In this document: one piece after another, positions 25,766-39,688 of the stretch
Position numbering within the stretch: position 1 is the stretch's first letter
Layout: every line of letters starts with the position of its first letter
DNA from: Mytilus edulis
Lineage: Eukaryota
Length of the DNA stretch: 64,000 nt
Direction: 5' to 3'
Assembly (NCBI RefSeq): GCF_963676685.1
Contig: NC_092352.1
Span: 44,144,001-44,208,000, forward strand
Made by a program: the position numbers and the translations under genes
The notes under the pieces: generated by a model
Told to the model about the DNA's origin: nothing
The model's database searches: none
The model's input: the letters and a program-made list of their open reading frames with translations, nothing else

Positions 25766-26089
25766 TTAGATGGGATATCCGGTTTGTTAAATGTTTGTTT
25801 ACGGGTGCATTAAAAGATCGTGCAAAAACCAATTTATTGTCGAAAAGCGCTTTTCATACAGAAAAATTGATACCACTCATGTTATTATATTACGGTAAAA
25901 AAAAATTATCAAGTTTACGTTTGGCTGATATCATTTGATTTGGACATAATATTCACGGTTATTGGTATTTTTTGTAGCTTTTTTTTGTGTGTTCAAGTCT
26001 GTTTCTCAGATGCTATCAGTAATAAGTGAAACAGTTTTGTATAGAATAATTGTACTTGGTGAATTATTCCGTCAGATAGGATTCACCTG

Positions 26090-26672
26090 ACTTTGAGTTG
26101 TCACTGATATGGCCATAATTATAAATTAATTTTGGAAATTCCTAGGCTTTTCTGCCTCAGGAAAAGATCACCTTATGGTGCAAATTTAAAATGTCATGAT
26201 TCTGCATGGGATCTTTGATGAGTTTATTATGCTGCATTTGACAAAACTTTTCAGAATTTTTTATTATCAATGCTCTTCAACTTCGTACTTCATTTGGCAT
26301 GTTTACATTTTTCATTTGAGAGTCACTGATGTGTTTTTGCAGACGAAAGCGCGTCTGGCGCAAATACAAAATGTCAATCTTGATAACTATCGGACGACTT
26401 TATTAACAACCAGGCACTGGGTCGATGCCACTGCTGTGCGATATTTTCTTCCCCAATGGTATCACCAGCCTAGTAGTCAGAGTTGACATGAATTATCTTT
26501 TATACGGTCACAATTATAAATTATCTGTTTACAAAACTTTGAAGTTTTGAAATACTAAGGCTTTTCAGTACCTCATGAATAGATCACCTTTGATCTATTT
26601 GGCAAGACTTTCAGGAATGTTTGGTCCTCAATGCTCTTCAACTTTTTACTTTAATTGGCCCTTTTAACTTTT
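26090..26672 (+). mobile_element. Partially tandem retrozyme-like repeat with degenerate hammerhead
   Basis: Body occurs twice (CTAGGCTTTTCT / CTAAGGCTTTTC; CAATGCTCTTCAACTT). Core GTCACTGATGTG...GACGAAAGCGCGTCTGGCG is damaged. Confidence 0.65.
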
Positions 26673-27301
26673 CAAAAAAAAGCCTGGTTTCCCTCTTTTC
26701 CATGAAAACTTTGTTTGCTTATTGAAGGAATCACTGGATCATGGCTGGATCCGTTACTGGTAGGCGAAACATTTCACGAATGTTAATGTGTAAATTTGAC
26801 CAAAACAACGCAAATATATATGTAAAATGTATCATATTTTTAGGTGCATGTACTTCAAATGAATAAATAAATATTTTTTTTCTATTCATCAGATTAATTG
26901 TTAAATGAGGACATTTTTTTATCTGTTTCCTTCTTCCTTCTGGCTTTCTTTTATCCGATATTTTAAATTACAAGTGTACGTGGCTAAGTGTAGCACGAAA
27001 TTCAAACACACTCAAACAATTAAGACAATTGGAACGTTTTGCATATTCCTAAATACTTTTTTTTCTGCATGGTGTGGCCATTTTTCCAATTCTCAGTTAA
27101 TATATGTCCTTAATTGTATTTTTGTTTCAAGTTGAGTATTTTGTTTTTTAAAAGAACAGAAGCTATTTTCTATATGTATGCATAAACACTATAAAACAAC
27201 AACAGGTGAAAACAAAACAAAATTTTAATAATAAAAATAATAACCAATTAACTATAAGTGAATAAAAGAATAATAAACAAATAAATAAGTAAACAAAAAA
27301 A

Positions 27302-30300
27302 TCAATGGCAAACTGTATCCCGGTCTTCGGTATTCTGCCTACAGCAACAGCAGCAAAGTCGTTTGAACCATTTCCTAAAACGCTGAAATCTACCAGTAAA
27401 ACCCGTGTGAACTGGTATTTCAGTCGGATCTGATTTGGTTAGTTCATGGAGTACAAATTGGTTCATTGATTCAGCGACTTTATGACTTGTGGACTTTGAT
27501 ATTGTTGTCTCATGTGTTTCTTTTGGTGGAGTAAAAAATGGCTTTAGTCTTGGTCTGGGTGTTTCTTCAAAATCACTGAGTGTGTACCATTCACTGTTTG
27601 ATGTTCTTGCTGTATCTGGTTGGTCTAAATAAAAAAAAAAGGATAAGAATAAGTTTTAACATTAAGTTGTGTTGTATTTGAATCAATACAAAGTTATTGG
27701 TCAACCCTAGACCACATGACAAATGGTTCTAGAATAACCAATCTTGATACGCTTTAGACCAAAAGTTTGTCGGACAGTCGAAATGAAAATTTTCAAATTA
27801 TCAAATCCCCAAAAACGGACATCATCATTTTTTTAATGAAGGAGGTTGCAACCATGATTTTATTACAACGCATAATTTATAAGCTTAAATCATGCTTTAA
27901 ACGTAAAAGCTTCAATTGGATTGAGAGTACCATTCCGTTAGCTGTGCATGCACAATACTTTTGAAGAATAGACTTCACCAGATACGCTTTTCAAATAACA
28001 AAAATAAAACACAAAAAGCAGTGTGTTATTTAGAATATGTTTAAAAATAAAAAAATAAAATATTATTTGTCAGTATTTATATCTGTGCAAAAGGTGACTT
28101 GTTCAAATTTTTCAAGTGCCCATATATCATGGTATTGTTCGACAACAACACACGAGAAGATAAATATTGTTGAAGAGTTGTTACGTAAGTAAAATGTTTG
28201 TAGTATTATTTAAGTTGTTACCTTCATCTTTCTCTTTGTTATCGTTCAACAGGGACAAATCTAGCTTTAGTTCTTCTGGGTCTACAGGCTTAGTGCTTAT
28301 ATCAGCTGTCGTCGATTTGCTTCTCTGAAAGAAAAAATATCAATTTGAATACTATTTCTTCATCAAAACAAATTATCAATTGTATTTTAATTTTAGAAAA
28401 TTTTACATTGTCAATGCTATTAAGGTAACATGAAAGAAATGGGATAGGAGTATATACAGTTATACCTGTATTGATCTGAGACACGGGATATATAAAGCAG
28501 TAAAATTGAATTACGGGATATATACGGCAATCAAATGAGATACCGATATATGACAATAAAAATGCTATCAACCAATACAATATAAAATGCTATCAAGCAA
28601 TACAATAAAAATGTTATCAAGCAATATTATTTAATCAGAACTATAAGTTCCATAAGTCAATAGATCTAGAATGTTAGCTTCCACTAAACGTTTGTTCTTC
28701 TGTGTATCTTGTGAACTAGTATGTGGTAGAACCAGTATCGGATTTTGGTATGCCGAGACATATAATTTAGTGCCAGAAATTAACATGTCAGAGTCTCTAT
28801 ATATATATTTGAATCAGTACTCTCCATTCTTTTCTTTATAAGAAATATTTTTAAAGTATCCCTCCGCAAATACATAGTTTTCACTTCAAAAGCTCTCTCC
28901 GTCTTATTTTCACCAACAAGTTTCCATTTTGTGGTGCTGTTTTTCTTAACATGGAAAAGTATTTTTTTTTTGCAGTCAAATTTGTGTTTTAAGCTTCTTA
29001 AAAGAGAACATTAAAATGAGTATATTTCATCAAACAAGTTCTCTCATATCATATATTTACCTTGAAAATCCTGTTCACAAAACTCCTAGCGGAGCCTGTT
29101 CTCTTTACGTCATTGATTCTGTCGGTCTTAAGTATTGCTGCATCACTACATGTTCTTATGCTGATATGACCTATTGAATTAAATGTAGTAGTTTAAGTAT
29201 TTCAACCTTTGTATTTGAGTCACGTGTTTAAAACATAATTAACAGTTTTTAAAAAGATTTTCTGCTGACCCTTTGTAGATCAAAATTGAGTAAGTAAAAC
29301 CTATGGGGTTTCGGTCGCCTAAATACCTTATTTTCGTCCATATCATCTATATACTGATTTTACTAACTCTCTAAGGATACGTAAAAAGGGGGTGGGGCAT
29401 AAGCTAATTTATCGCATGAAGGACTTTTCTTTCCCAGTTATGGATAAAAAATAAACAATGTAATAAATAACAATGATAGATGACGGTAGATTTCAAACCA
29501 ATATAATAAGCGCGGTTTTTAGAGTTTGCTTTCCTATATTTCTCCTAATTTTTTAACATGTTTCTTTCTTTCAAAATAACTCATATATACGATATCAGTT
29601 GCATTAAGAATTAAGATTTAATGCTTTAGATTAATGAAATAAGAAAGATGCAGGTTTAATATATAATAATATAGAGACAACTATACAATTTGGAACAATC
29701 CTCATATAGGAGTAAAATAAGGAAAGGAACATGCAACATGCATGACGACATAAAATAGCGAAAATGAAAAAAATCAATCTATAAACAGTGTATGGAAATA
29801 CAAAGAACAATACCACCTTAAAACAGCAACAAAGACCAACCACATAAAAAAAGTTCTATACGTTACCTTACAGTTTAAATTAATCTTAAGGCATGAAAAT
29901 ATAATGGTAGTATAGTTACTACCTTTGTTTGTTCGTCATGTGTATAAAATACTCTATTGTATAAAAATAAAAAAGTAAAATTTATATTTAGTTTCGCCGT
30001 GAACCTTTTTCATCTGTTGATATTCAGCTGAGCTTCCAAATTAGCTATTGCTTGCTAACTTAGACATTTATAGTTACTAATGCCGGCTTTCATATCATAA
30101 CAGTAATATTGAGAACATAAATTAGAATTTCATTTCTTCTAAAAAAATGTTCTTCAAACTTACTGATATATTTAGCGTATATAAAAAAAGATGTGGTATG
30201 ATTGCCAATGAGACAACTGTCCATACGAGACCAAAATGACACAGAAATTAACAACTATAGGTCACCGTACGGCCTTCAACAATGAGCAAAGCCCATGACC

Positions 30301-33300
30301 AGATTATAAAAAATTTCAGCTTGACTTATTTTTTCGCCAAAAAAAATAATAAAAAATATATAGCGTCTGTTATTGTTTTTTGTTTCCTAGTACACGTCGT
30401 TACTTTCAATATTACTATTTCACAAATAACTTGTTATAAAACTCACTATTTTCTCTATTTTCATCTGTATCCGCTCTGGGGTTTGTAGCATGTGATAGTT
30501 CAAGTTTTCGCTGGAGATCTTTTTGTTCTTCGGTGAAAGCTTTCACTCTCTCGTGGAGTTTTGAGACTGAAGATTTAAGCATTATATTGTACTCAGTATT
30601 ACTGCTGCTTGGATACTTGAAAATAAAAAATAAAAATATTTAATTAGCATTTACATTGTGTAATTCACTAGACACTTTCTTTTCTACAAAATCGAAACAA
30701 ACATTCTAGAAATCAAGTGAATACACCTAGTCATGAATGAACTTTTTAACAATTTACATACATTTTGTATGTATTATAAAATCCAAAAAAATACCATTAC
30801 CAACACCTGTGACCAACAACGAATCGTCTGAATGCGATCGTATGGAACAATTATATAATGGTTCAAACTTCGTACCAATATATATTGATTTATTGTTTTC
30901 GTCATTTATTTATGTTTTTTAAAAAGGATGCAAAATTATAGTATATTTTTAAATACCAGATGGTACTGCTCTTTTGATGAACCTGGTTCGTATGAGGCCG
31001 ATAATGGACTAACTGCTGGTGTATGAAACTCCTGAAACATTTTCCTGATCTGTTCCTGTCTTTTTTTCTCTCGTCTCCCCTCTCTTTCTTCTTTCCATAT
31101 TGTTTCTCTCTCAAATGCTTCAACAAGTTTTTTTCGCTCTGCATCCCTAACCGATTGGAAAAAGGCTACACGGTCCTCCTCAATAGCTGTTTCTTTTGTA
31201 TCTAGTGCCTGATTTTGTATAATCTCCTCTATTCGAATTATTGGTTTGGCTTGGACGTCCTGAATTTCTGCTTTTTCCACTTATTCTTTCATTGTTGCAG
31301 TAAGTCTCTCAAACTCTTTGGTTCTGAAATCTCGAAAGAAAGCAACTCTTTCGTCTTCACTCGCTGTTTCTGTGTTTTCTGCTTCAGCGTTTTGTTCTGT
31401 CGTGGTTGCATTAAGTCTCTCAAACTCTTTGGTTCTGAAATCTCGAAAGAAAGCAACTCTTTCCTCTTCACTCGCTGTGTCTGTGTCTATTGTTTGTTGA
31501 ACGGACATTGCATCTGATTCCATTTCGCTGCAAGCAGAATGCAATACAGATAGGATAAACCCGCTGAAGTTGCGTTCAAAGATCGCGCTATCTTCATCCA
31601 TACCTGCAAATGGCACAACGATATATTAATTTATAAAAGGCCAGGCTGACGGCCAAAAAAAACCGCCATATTATAACACAACTTTACGTAATGGTGTGAT
31701 TGTCCCATGTTAATTTGACAAAGATTCGATTATCCAAGTCGGATTAATAACAAAAAAATCAGTTTAATTTTATATTTCATATTTCCAGCATTTCCTAAAT
31801 AGTATATTCGAAAATTTTCCTTATATACAGAAGTATAAATCTAAAGCGTGCTTGCTCCATGGTGCCGAATATATAATAACAAATTCTTTATTTAAGGAGG
31901 GTAACTCGATTATAACTAGTCTAATTTTCATTGAGGCCCTCAAAAATTTTAATTCTTTGACCGCCGAACTTTGAATCACGCTACGTTCCATTTTTTTTTA
32001 AGATTTATATTTTTTCTTTGATAACGTCAAAAATGGATATAAGTTAAGTCTAACAACTTGTATTGCCCTAAAATCGAGAGTAATTGTGTAATGCCTTCAT
32101 TATGTTAGGCGTTCAAACTTTCCTGAAATACCAACAAAAAAATATATTCTTTTTAATGCCACTTATCTATACGGAGTGGCTATTTGTCCGGCTAGCCGGA
32201 CGAATAGTGCCAGGGATATTTGTCCGGCCATTGTAATGCGCATGTCATATAAAGTGCGTTCGGAAGTGCGTGTAACATTATCTTCAGTAGCACACAGGGG
32301 AGGCGTGTAATCTGATCACTGATTTTCAATTTTTAGATCATGGCTGAAATATTTGTGATAAATTTTGCAGTTTTCGGAATTGACAATGGAACATGATATT
32401 ATGAACTTCCAAGAATGATATAATCTTATGAAAGGGACTCTAAAAAATTGAAATCACAAGGAAAATGGGAAATAAAAGATAATTATATATATTTAATCGG
32501 AGAATTAGTTTTACAAAATTATTCGATTCGCTACAGCTGTGTTCAGGTGGAAAAGATGTTCAAAGCAAGTGTAGTTAAAAAAAGGCCTTTACAATTGCAG
32601 GTCTAAATGAATGAAATTTAGCTTAGTTATAATCCAAAAATTAGTCTTGGAAGACAAGAAAAGAAAAGAGAACTTTAGGAAAAGGAGCACACTGTGACAC
32701 CCGACACCCTCACGTAAATAAAATAAAAAAAACAGTGTTTTTTACTCTTTTTTGGGGGGGGGAGGGGGGTGGGGGGCATTATATAAAAATCTCTCACCTT
32801 TCACTCAAAATATGGATGACTTTATGTCAAGGGGTCTATAATTCTCTGTGACAGCTACAGACATAATAATTTTGTACCTTTTTCAGCTAGACAAAATCTA
32901 GCCTTTCCGTTAACTTAAAATGCACGAGTCATACACTACGTACCCAAGTTTGTTTTACAAGTTAACTCTTCTCTCTTCTTATATAAAAATATGGGATATA
33001 TATGATTTTACTCTAATTATTCGTTATCCACATTATACTAGTAATTGTTAAGGTTTTTCATATCTTCATAAAGCATTAAATGCAAAACTAAATCGTAATA
33101 TATAGTATCGTATTACTAAAAGTTAAAAGTAGCGTAGACAGCCAAGGTGAAAACGAGGAAAGGGTGTTCAACTATATGAATAAAAATATAGTTTAACCCT
33201 GATATTTTCCTACAGTATGCGCAAAGCTGAAGAGCACACTAACAAAGCATTTGAAACCAATCTTTATATATACAAGTAGTTATTTTGAAGCACGAACAAC

Positions 33301-33517
33301 CGGAAGATGTTGACTGCATCTTGTGACATTCGCAACCATTACAAGTTTCCATTGCATATGTCGAAAAAGATATATTCAGAAAGATGCAGATGACATGCAA
33401 TAGTGCAATTTCCAAAATAAGAATTATTTAATATCAAGATATATCCCAAATGCAAGAATACAATTTCTAAAATAAGAATAATTTATACTTACTCAACTCT
33501 TTCATTTCCTGATTCAT
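27302..33517 (-). CDS. Uncharacterised protein (about 458 codons) with 37-aa repeats and C-terminal Cys cluster; in-frame TAA at 31281-31283
   Basis: Phase-consistent GT-AG exons 33517-33493, 31603-30957, 30615-30447, 29170-29061, 28324-28222, 27624-27302. Ends RFQRFRKWFKRLCCCCCRQNTEDRDTVCH*. The first exon is the least certain. Confidence 0.7.
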
Positions 33518-34319
33518 CTTCTAGGTTATACGCTGTTCTTTCTTTTATCTTCGTTCTCTGTGCATAAAATAAATATAAACTGATTCGCTCGACAACAACG
33601 TTGCTACTGAAGATATTATGACGTCCGACGTCAATCGAAGTCGTCACTAAGTTTCTCCTTACTTCGCGACGGAAAGAGCGCTTTGAATATATGGAATAAG
33701 AAATACACGGTGATGTTTTCTATAGATTTAAATGCAGTTTTGAAAATTGTAAGCGAGGAAAGCGGAAAAAATATAAATTATTAAAGCAGTAAAAACAATT
33801 TATACATGATCTTACGATTCATTTTCTGAAAAATCGGACGATCATTTTTGAGTTATCTTTCTTTTAATGTCAATATTTAGCGAAGTGCGCAATGTTTTGG
33901 GTGTTTTCTTCAAAATTATTATTGAGAAAAACAATTTGATTATCATTAAGACAACCTTACTCATATATCAAATTTATAGAAATGGTAAATATACCCTTTA
34001 AAGATGTTATTGACCATTGTGAAAAATCTTGAATACAGATATTTTCTCTTTTTGCGGTGTTTGTTAAAATTTTGCAAGTCCCAAACCCCTTAAAACCATT
34101 CGCTAGATAGGACCTACAAATAACTTGATGTGCATGGTCGGAATCGTCAGTATATAAGGCTACCATACTTATAGTTTTACAATACTTTTGCCTTTTATTG
34201 GTGATTTTACCCATGTTTTGCATTTTTTGCGATAACTTTGACAGATAGAAATCAACTATTCCTTACAAATTCTCCACCTCGATCTTCATGAAAATCTACA
34301 ATTTGATAAAGTTATGGAT

Positions 34320-37300
34320 TATAAGATAAGATAAGATAAGAAAACTTTATTTTGATTCGGCATAAGTACAAATAAGCAACACAAGCTCTAAGGAGCTTTT
34401 GACCGAATATAAAAACATATAAATAACATATAAAAACAGTGCATTAATTGAGACATATAAAACAACCTGTAATACAAAGTTGAAATCTCACATACATAGC
34501 ATGAAATTAAAATAAGCAACAAATTATCGAATGAAGTAAAAACATGCTAGACCAGATCAACCAAAAGCAGCATAAATAATAAACAGCTCAAGAATTATCT
34601 GCAAGCAGAACAGCGACATTCCAAACCGTTCCAGGACTGAACAAGACTTTTAAAATGTGAAAAACTGTTTTCAGTCCTGAAATGGGTTGGAAGGCTGTTC
34701 CATAATGTAGCAGCAGCAAATTTGAACGATTTTTTTTTACCGTAACGGGCTGACTTGACCTGTGGAATTTCAAGAATATTTACATACCTGAAAGAATATT
34801 TAGATTTTTTGACATTCACCAAATTTTGTAAGCACACAGGAGCTATGTTGTTAATTATTTTAAAAGTTTCTAGAGCCATTGTTCTTATCCGTCTGATCTG
34901 CAAGGAGGGCACCTTAGGTTTAAGTAAGAGGTCCTCGTAAGAGCTGGTAAAACCCTCATATACAAAACGGAGTGCTCTTTCCTGCACCTTTTATTGTTTT
35001 TTGGAATTTTTCTCAGTGCAAAAATGCCATGCCAAAGGGCAAAAATTAAATTTCTAAGAATAAAAGTATGAAATATAGAAAGTTTACGAAGTCTATCCAA
35101 ATCTGAGCCTAAACGTTTTAAAACATTTAATTGCTGTGATGCCTTCCTACAGATTGAGCTGATATGAACATCAAAGTTTAGCTGGTAGTATATTTCTATG
35201 CCTAATAATTTTACTGTTTTTTTACATGTAAGGTTCGAATTTTAAATATGTATAGATGGGTTCTTTTCAAAGGTCTTTTTGCCAACAGCCAAAACTTGAA
35301 ATTTGTCAGGATTTGCTTGCATATTATTCACCCTGAACCACTCAATAAGTATTTATGAATCAGATTCCAAAGTTGATATTAATAAATCGAAATCTGGAGT
35401 ACAGAAAGAAAGTATTGTCATCTGCATAGTTATATAAACTACCATTTTTAACATAGATAAATATCATTTATAAATATGTTAAACAATAAGGCCCTAGTAT
35501 CGAACCCTGTGGTACGCCTTTATGGATGTCAGCCCAACCACTCAGAACATTGTTGACTTTAATTTCATGTTTTCGATTAGATAAATAAGAGCAACTGCAT
35601 TGGGGGTTAAACCATATGCTGATAATTTATCTAGCATAATATTGTGCGACAGGCAGTCAAAAGCCTTAGAAAGATCCATTATTACCGCTGCAATGTACTG
35701 GTTTTTATCAAGAGCTTCACGCCAGTCTTCTAACACTCTGAGATGTGTGGTCTGACATCCATGTCCACATCTAAATGCACAAAAAAATGGATTTAATATT
35801 TTATCAAAATAATCAGTTTCATATAGTTCTTCAAAGATTTTGGAAAATATGGATAAGACGCTAACTGGTCTATAATTTATTTTTAATAATGGGTCACTCT
35901 TTTTATGAAGGGGGGTCACTTGGGCTTCTTTATACTTATCGGGGAAACAGTTATTATCAATTGGCAAATTTACAAGAGTTGCCAGCTGTGGTGCAATATA
36001 AGATTTACATTTTTTTACTATTTTTGCTGGAATACCATCAGCTCCTGTAGCCTTCTTTATGTTTATTTTATTTTAAAAAAATTTCAACATTATCTTTAGA
36101 TACTTTTTTAAACTCAAAAACAGAATTATGTTTTCTGTTACTTAAAATTTCTTTTATAATACTTGGGTGATTTGAGGGGTCATATACCACATCTGCTCAA
36201 ATTTTGTCTGCTACTGTGGAGAAAAAATTATTAAAAACATTTAAACATTCATTTGAACAATTTACAATTTTGTCAATTTCACATAATAAAATTTTTTGCT
36301 CTCCAAAGTTCCCCTCTTTTTCCAAAAATGGTTTGACTGTTTTCCAAAAATCGCAAGATTTTGACCCACCAGAGCAACGTTCTAAAAAGTATACTTTTAT
36401 TTATTTTCTCTTTACCTTTGTTACCAAATTTCTTTGTTTTCTAAATTTCTCCCATTTTTTGTCACTCCGATTTTTAGTTTATTGTGAATAAAGCATTTGT
36501 TTTCTATATATGGCCCCTCTCAGTTCTTTATTCATACATGGAAGTGGTTTATTTCTTTGACCCCTAGATTTTACAGGTGCATGTTTATTTAATATGTTTT
36601 TAAAATCTTCTTCATAATCATCATATATACTTTTTAAATCTTTCTCAGTACATTTTTCTGAAATCTTTATTTTCTGTAAATCATTTGTAAATTCATCAAT
36701 ATCAAAAGTTTTGTAACTTCTATATGTTACATCCCTGCATTTTTGTGCAGGTAAATTCCCTTTCACAACTGTTGAAATAATATTGTGACAGTCACTAACA
36801 CCATTTGGACTTTTTATTGTTTTAAAACACAAATTCTTTTTATTTGTAATAATAACATCTACAAGGGATGGGTTACAACCCTTTTTAAAACATGTTGGGC
36901 CTTTAACCAGTTGGGACAAGTTGAAAATATCAAATATATCATGTAGAGTCTGAGATTTTTCAGCAGACAACATATCAAAATTTAGGTCACCAAAAATAAT
37001 AATATTGGCATATGACACAAAACATTTATCTAGTGATTTTGTAAAATTTTCAATAAAGTCATAATTTTTCATGGATGGAGGCTTGTATGCTCGAGGCTTG
37101 TATGCTCCCATAACAAGCCATTTGGCATAATTTATATAAATTTCATAGCAAATATTTTCAAGTATATCAGATTCGAAACATTGTTTTCAACTTTATCTGG
37201 GTAAGTAAGCCACCGCCATACTGATTTCTGTCACGCCTTTGTAATTTATATCCTTCAACTTGAAATAGGTTGTCTTGAAAGTTGATTCGGCAATCATCAG

Positions 37301-37400
37301 TAAGTCAACTATATTATCTGTGAGTAGTTTTTTTACCTCATCAAATTTGTATCTGAGACTGTTAATGTTAACATATGCCGCAATAGTTTGGTGATTTTTT
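34320..37400 (-). mobile_element. Decayed CR1-group (CR1/L2/Crack) LINE: APE endonuclease plus RT
   Basis: NINSLRYK, GDLN and SDCH (APE); NYRPVS, DLSKAFD, GVPQGSILGP and NYADD (RT); C-terminal WNGLECRCSAC; (CTTAT)n 3' tail at 34320-34340. Many frameshifts. Confidence 0.9.
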
Positions 37401-37429
37401 TTGTTGTTTTTTTTAATTTTGTAATAATG

Positions 37430-37755
37430 GCAAAGAAGAAAAGAGTGCACAAGCTGAAATGTCTCGCCTTCTTTACATTCCATTGATTTTATGATGATAG
37501 TCCTAAATATAAAGCTTTACTACAACTATCACATAAATGAACCATGATCTAAGAAATGAAGTTTAATGGTCGTCCCCTAAACATATTCCATTGGAACCTT
37601 GGAATATATATATATGTCTCTGATCTAAACTTATTATTTTATTTTGAATACAAATTATATGCAGGACAAAGTCTTGGTATAAAGCTGGCATTAAAGGTAG
37701 CGCCTCTCTCATATTACCATGTCTATGTAATTAAATGCACTTTTCTTTTTTCAGT
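37430..37755 (+). mobile_element. Helentron-like 5' fragment
   Basis: AGAGTGCACAAGCTGAAATGTCTCGCCTTC shares GTCTCGCCT with the element at 53112. Confidence 0.4.
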
Positions 37756-37757
37756 GT

Positions 37758-38232
37758 AAGTGACCATAATTTGGAAATTGAAATAGGACGCTATAAAAAA
37801 AATTCTAAGAGAACACAGACTGTGCAAAGTTTGTAAAATTTTAGATGAAAAAGAACACTTTTTCCTTCATTGCAAAATTAACAGTAATGTTAGAAATCCC
37901 CTTATAAATGCAATTAAAACCCATAATCCTAATTTTAACCAGTTTGACTCAAACTCTAAACTTAAAACTATTCGAGATCCAAATAAAAATATTTTGTTTA
38001 AGTGTTGTAGACTATATAAAGCAATCTATGGAATTGCAAAAATAAGGTCCACATTGGTCAATTATATACTTATAGTATACATCATTATACATGTTATTAA
38101 TATCTACTTCACTTGTTTAAAACATTTGTCATGTATTATGTTTCATGTCAATTGTGTATACATGGTAAAATTATGCATTTTAACCGTCAGGTATCACTTT
38201 TTTTGCACAATAAAAACATGTTTACTTTGAAT
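37758..38232 (+). mobile_element. 3' end of a non-LTR retrotransposon (CCHC knuckle, RTE-X-like)
   Basis: SDHNLEIEIGRYKK..REHRLCKVCKILDEKEHFFLHC, then AATAAA at about 38209. Confidence 0.65.
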
Positions 38233-38408
38233 TATAATTTTGAAAACTAAATTATAAAAATTGACCTGATATTTTGGTTTTATGCATACTAGACTAGTTT
38301 AATAATGAGTGAAATTTAAGTTGACTTGATTTTCACTGTAGCCTTGTATATAGCTAATACGGCCTGAGACATATACGGTCATACATGTATATATATGTCT
38401 CTGATACC

Positions 38409-38492
38409 GGTAGGTCTTTTCACCACCTAACACCACTGAACACACCTGGTTTTAGGGGTGTTCGTCGGTGTACGGTGGTGAAAAGACTTACC
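38409..38492. repeat. Hairpin element
   Basis: GGTAGGTCTTTTCACCACC ... GGTGGTGAAAAGACTTACC. Confidence 0.7.
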
Positions 38493-39567
38493 TGAAATAT
38501 AATAGATATACAGTGATATTGTATAATTACTAGTAACACAATTATCCACCATTTAACAAAGAACTGGGATGCATAGATAAAGGGCTTTGTATTGATGTCC
38601 GTCAAATTGCACTATTTTTCAAGGTGGGACCAGGTATTTGTAGTCAAATTTTGTTGTACAGTAATCACTTGCCATGCCATTCCAAAGTCATAACCACCAA
38701 AAACACTGTTAATGTCGTATGAGTGATAAGTGGATATGTGGAGATCTGAAACAGAAAACAAATTCACCAATAAATTGCCAAACATATTGAGAATATTAAT
38801 AGCAATTCTCTGTAACCACCAACCAAGTTGCGGCACGCATACTCTCAGATTTTCTTGAAAATTGGTCTGTTGGTAGCTATCGATAAACTAACAAGAAAAA
38901 TGTTGACAAAAAATTTGATTATGCCCCCGTTGCCATGGTTACGGGTCCCCTTTGATTTTACCTCAAAAATGCATATTTTGAGGATTAAAAATGACCCATT
39001 TTAAGCAGTTATCATGCATACATTTCAAGTTTTATGAATATTTTGACTATAATTAATTAAAATATAACACTTTATGAGTAAGATGAAAGATACAATTTAT
39101 TTCTGACAAAAGGGAAAGAAGGGGGCAGCACTGGTTCAAATAGAAGAATTTTCAATGTATTCAAAAAAGGCAAATTATAGGCATTTTGCATGACATAATT
39201 TTTACTATTAACCAGAAATAGTTTAACAGATGATTTGATATTTATTTGCATAAGGTCAATTTCTCTCTGACTCGGCTCATATATTAACGAAAGGACTTTT
39301 CCAAACATTTCCTGTAACTTGTTAAAGAATAATTAATGCCTTCAAAATATTTTTAAGACAAACCATCTGACCATCCAGACAGATGATGTAGACAGTATAA
39401 CAAGTCAATAGTTCATAAAATATTTTATTGTGATGCTAAATAGCAAAATATAATGAATCTATTTATCAACAGATAAAAATAACAATTTTACAAAAAATAC
39501 AAACATTTACAAAATATCTGTGGTCATATATATTGGTCCCTTTATTGAAATAAAAATTGTATACTAT

Positions 39568-39688
39568 AGGGTTATTGCATGAATATTGGGGAATATTGTC
39601 CCGAGTAGAATTTTATATTGCACGAGCTTGCGAGTGCAATATATGTTCTACGAGGGACAATATTCCCAAATATTCATGCAATAACCCT
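39568..39688. repeat. Hairpin element
   Basis: AGGGTTATTGCATGAATATT..GGAATATTGTCCC ... GGGACAATATTCCC..AATATTCATGCAATAACCCT. Confidence 0.8.

Noticed and set aside
31023-31517. Plus-strand ORFs of 60-100 aa
   Set aside because: Antisense shadows of the real minus-strand exon.
32753-32776. Poly-G tract (and poly-C at 11042-11057) as a G-quadruplex regulator
   Set aside because: Simple homopolymers, common in such genomes, with no supporting context.
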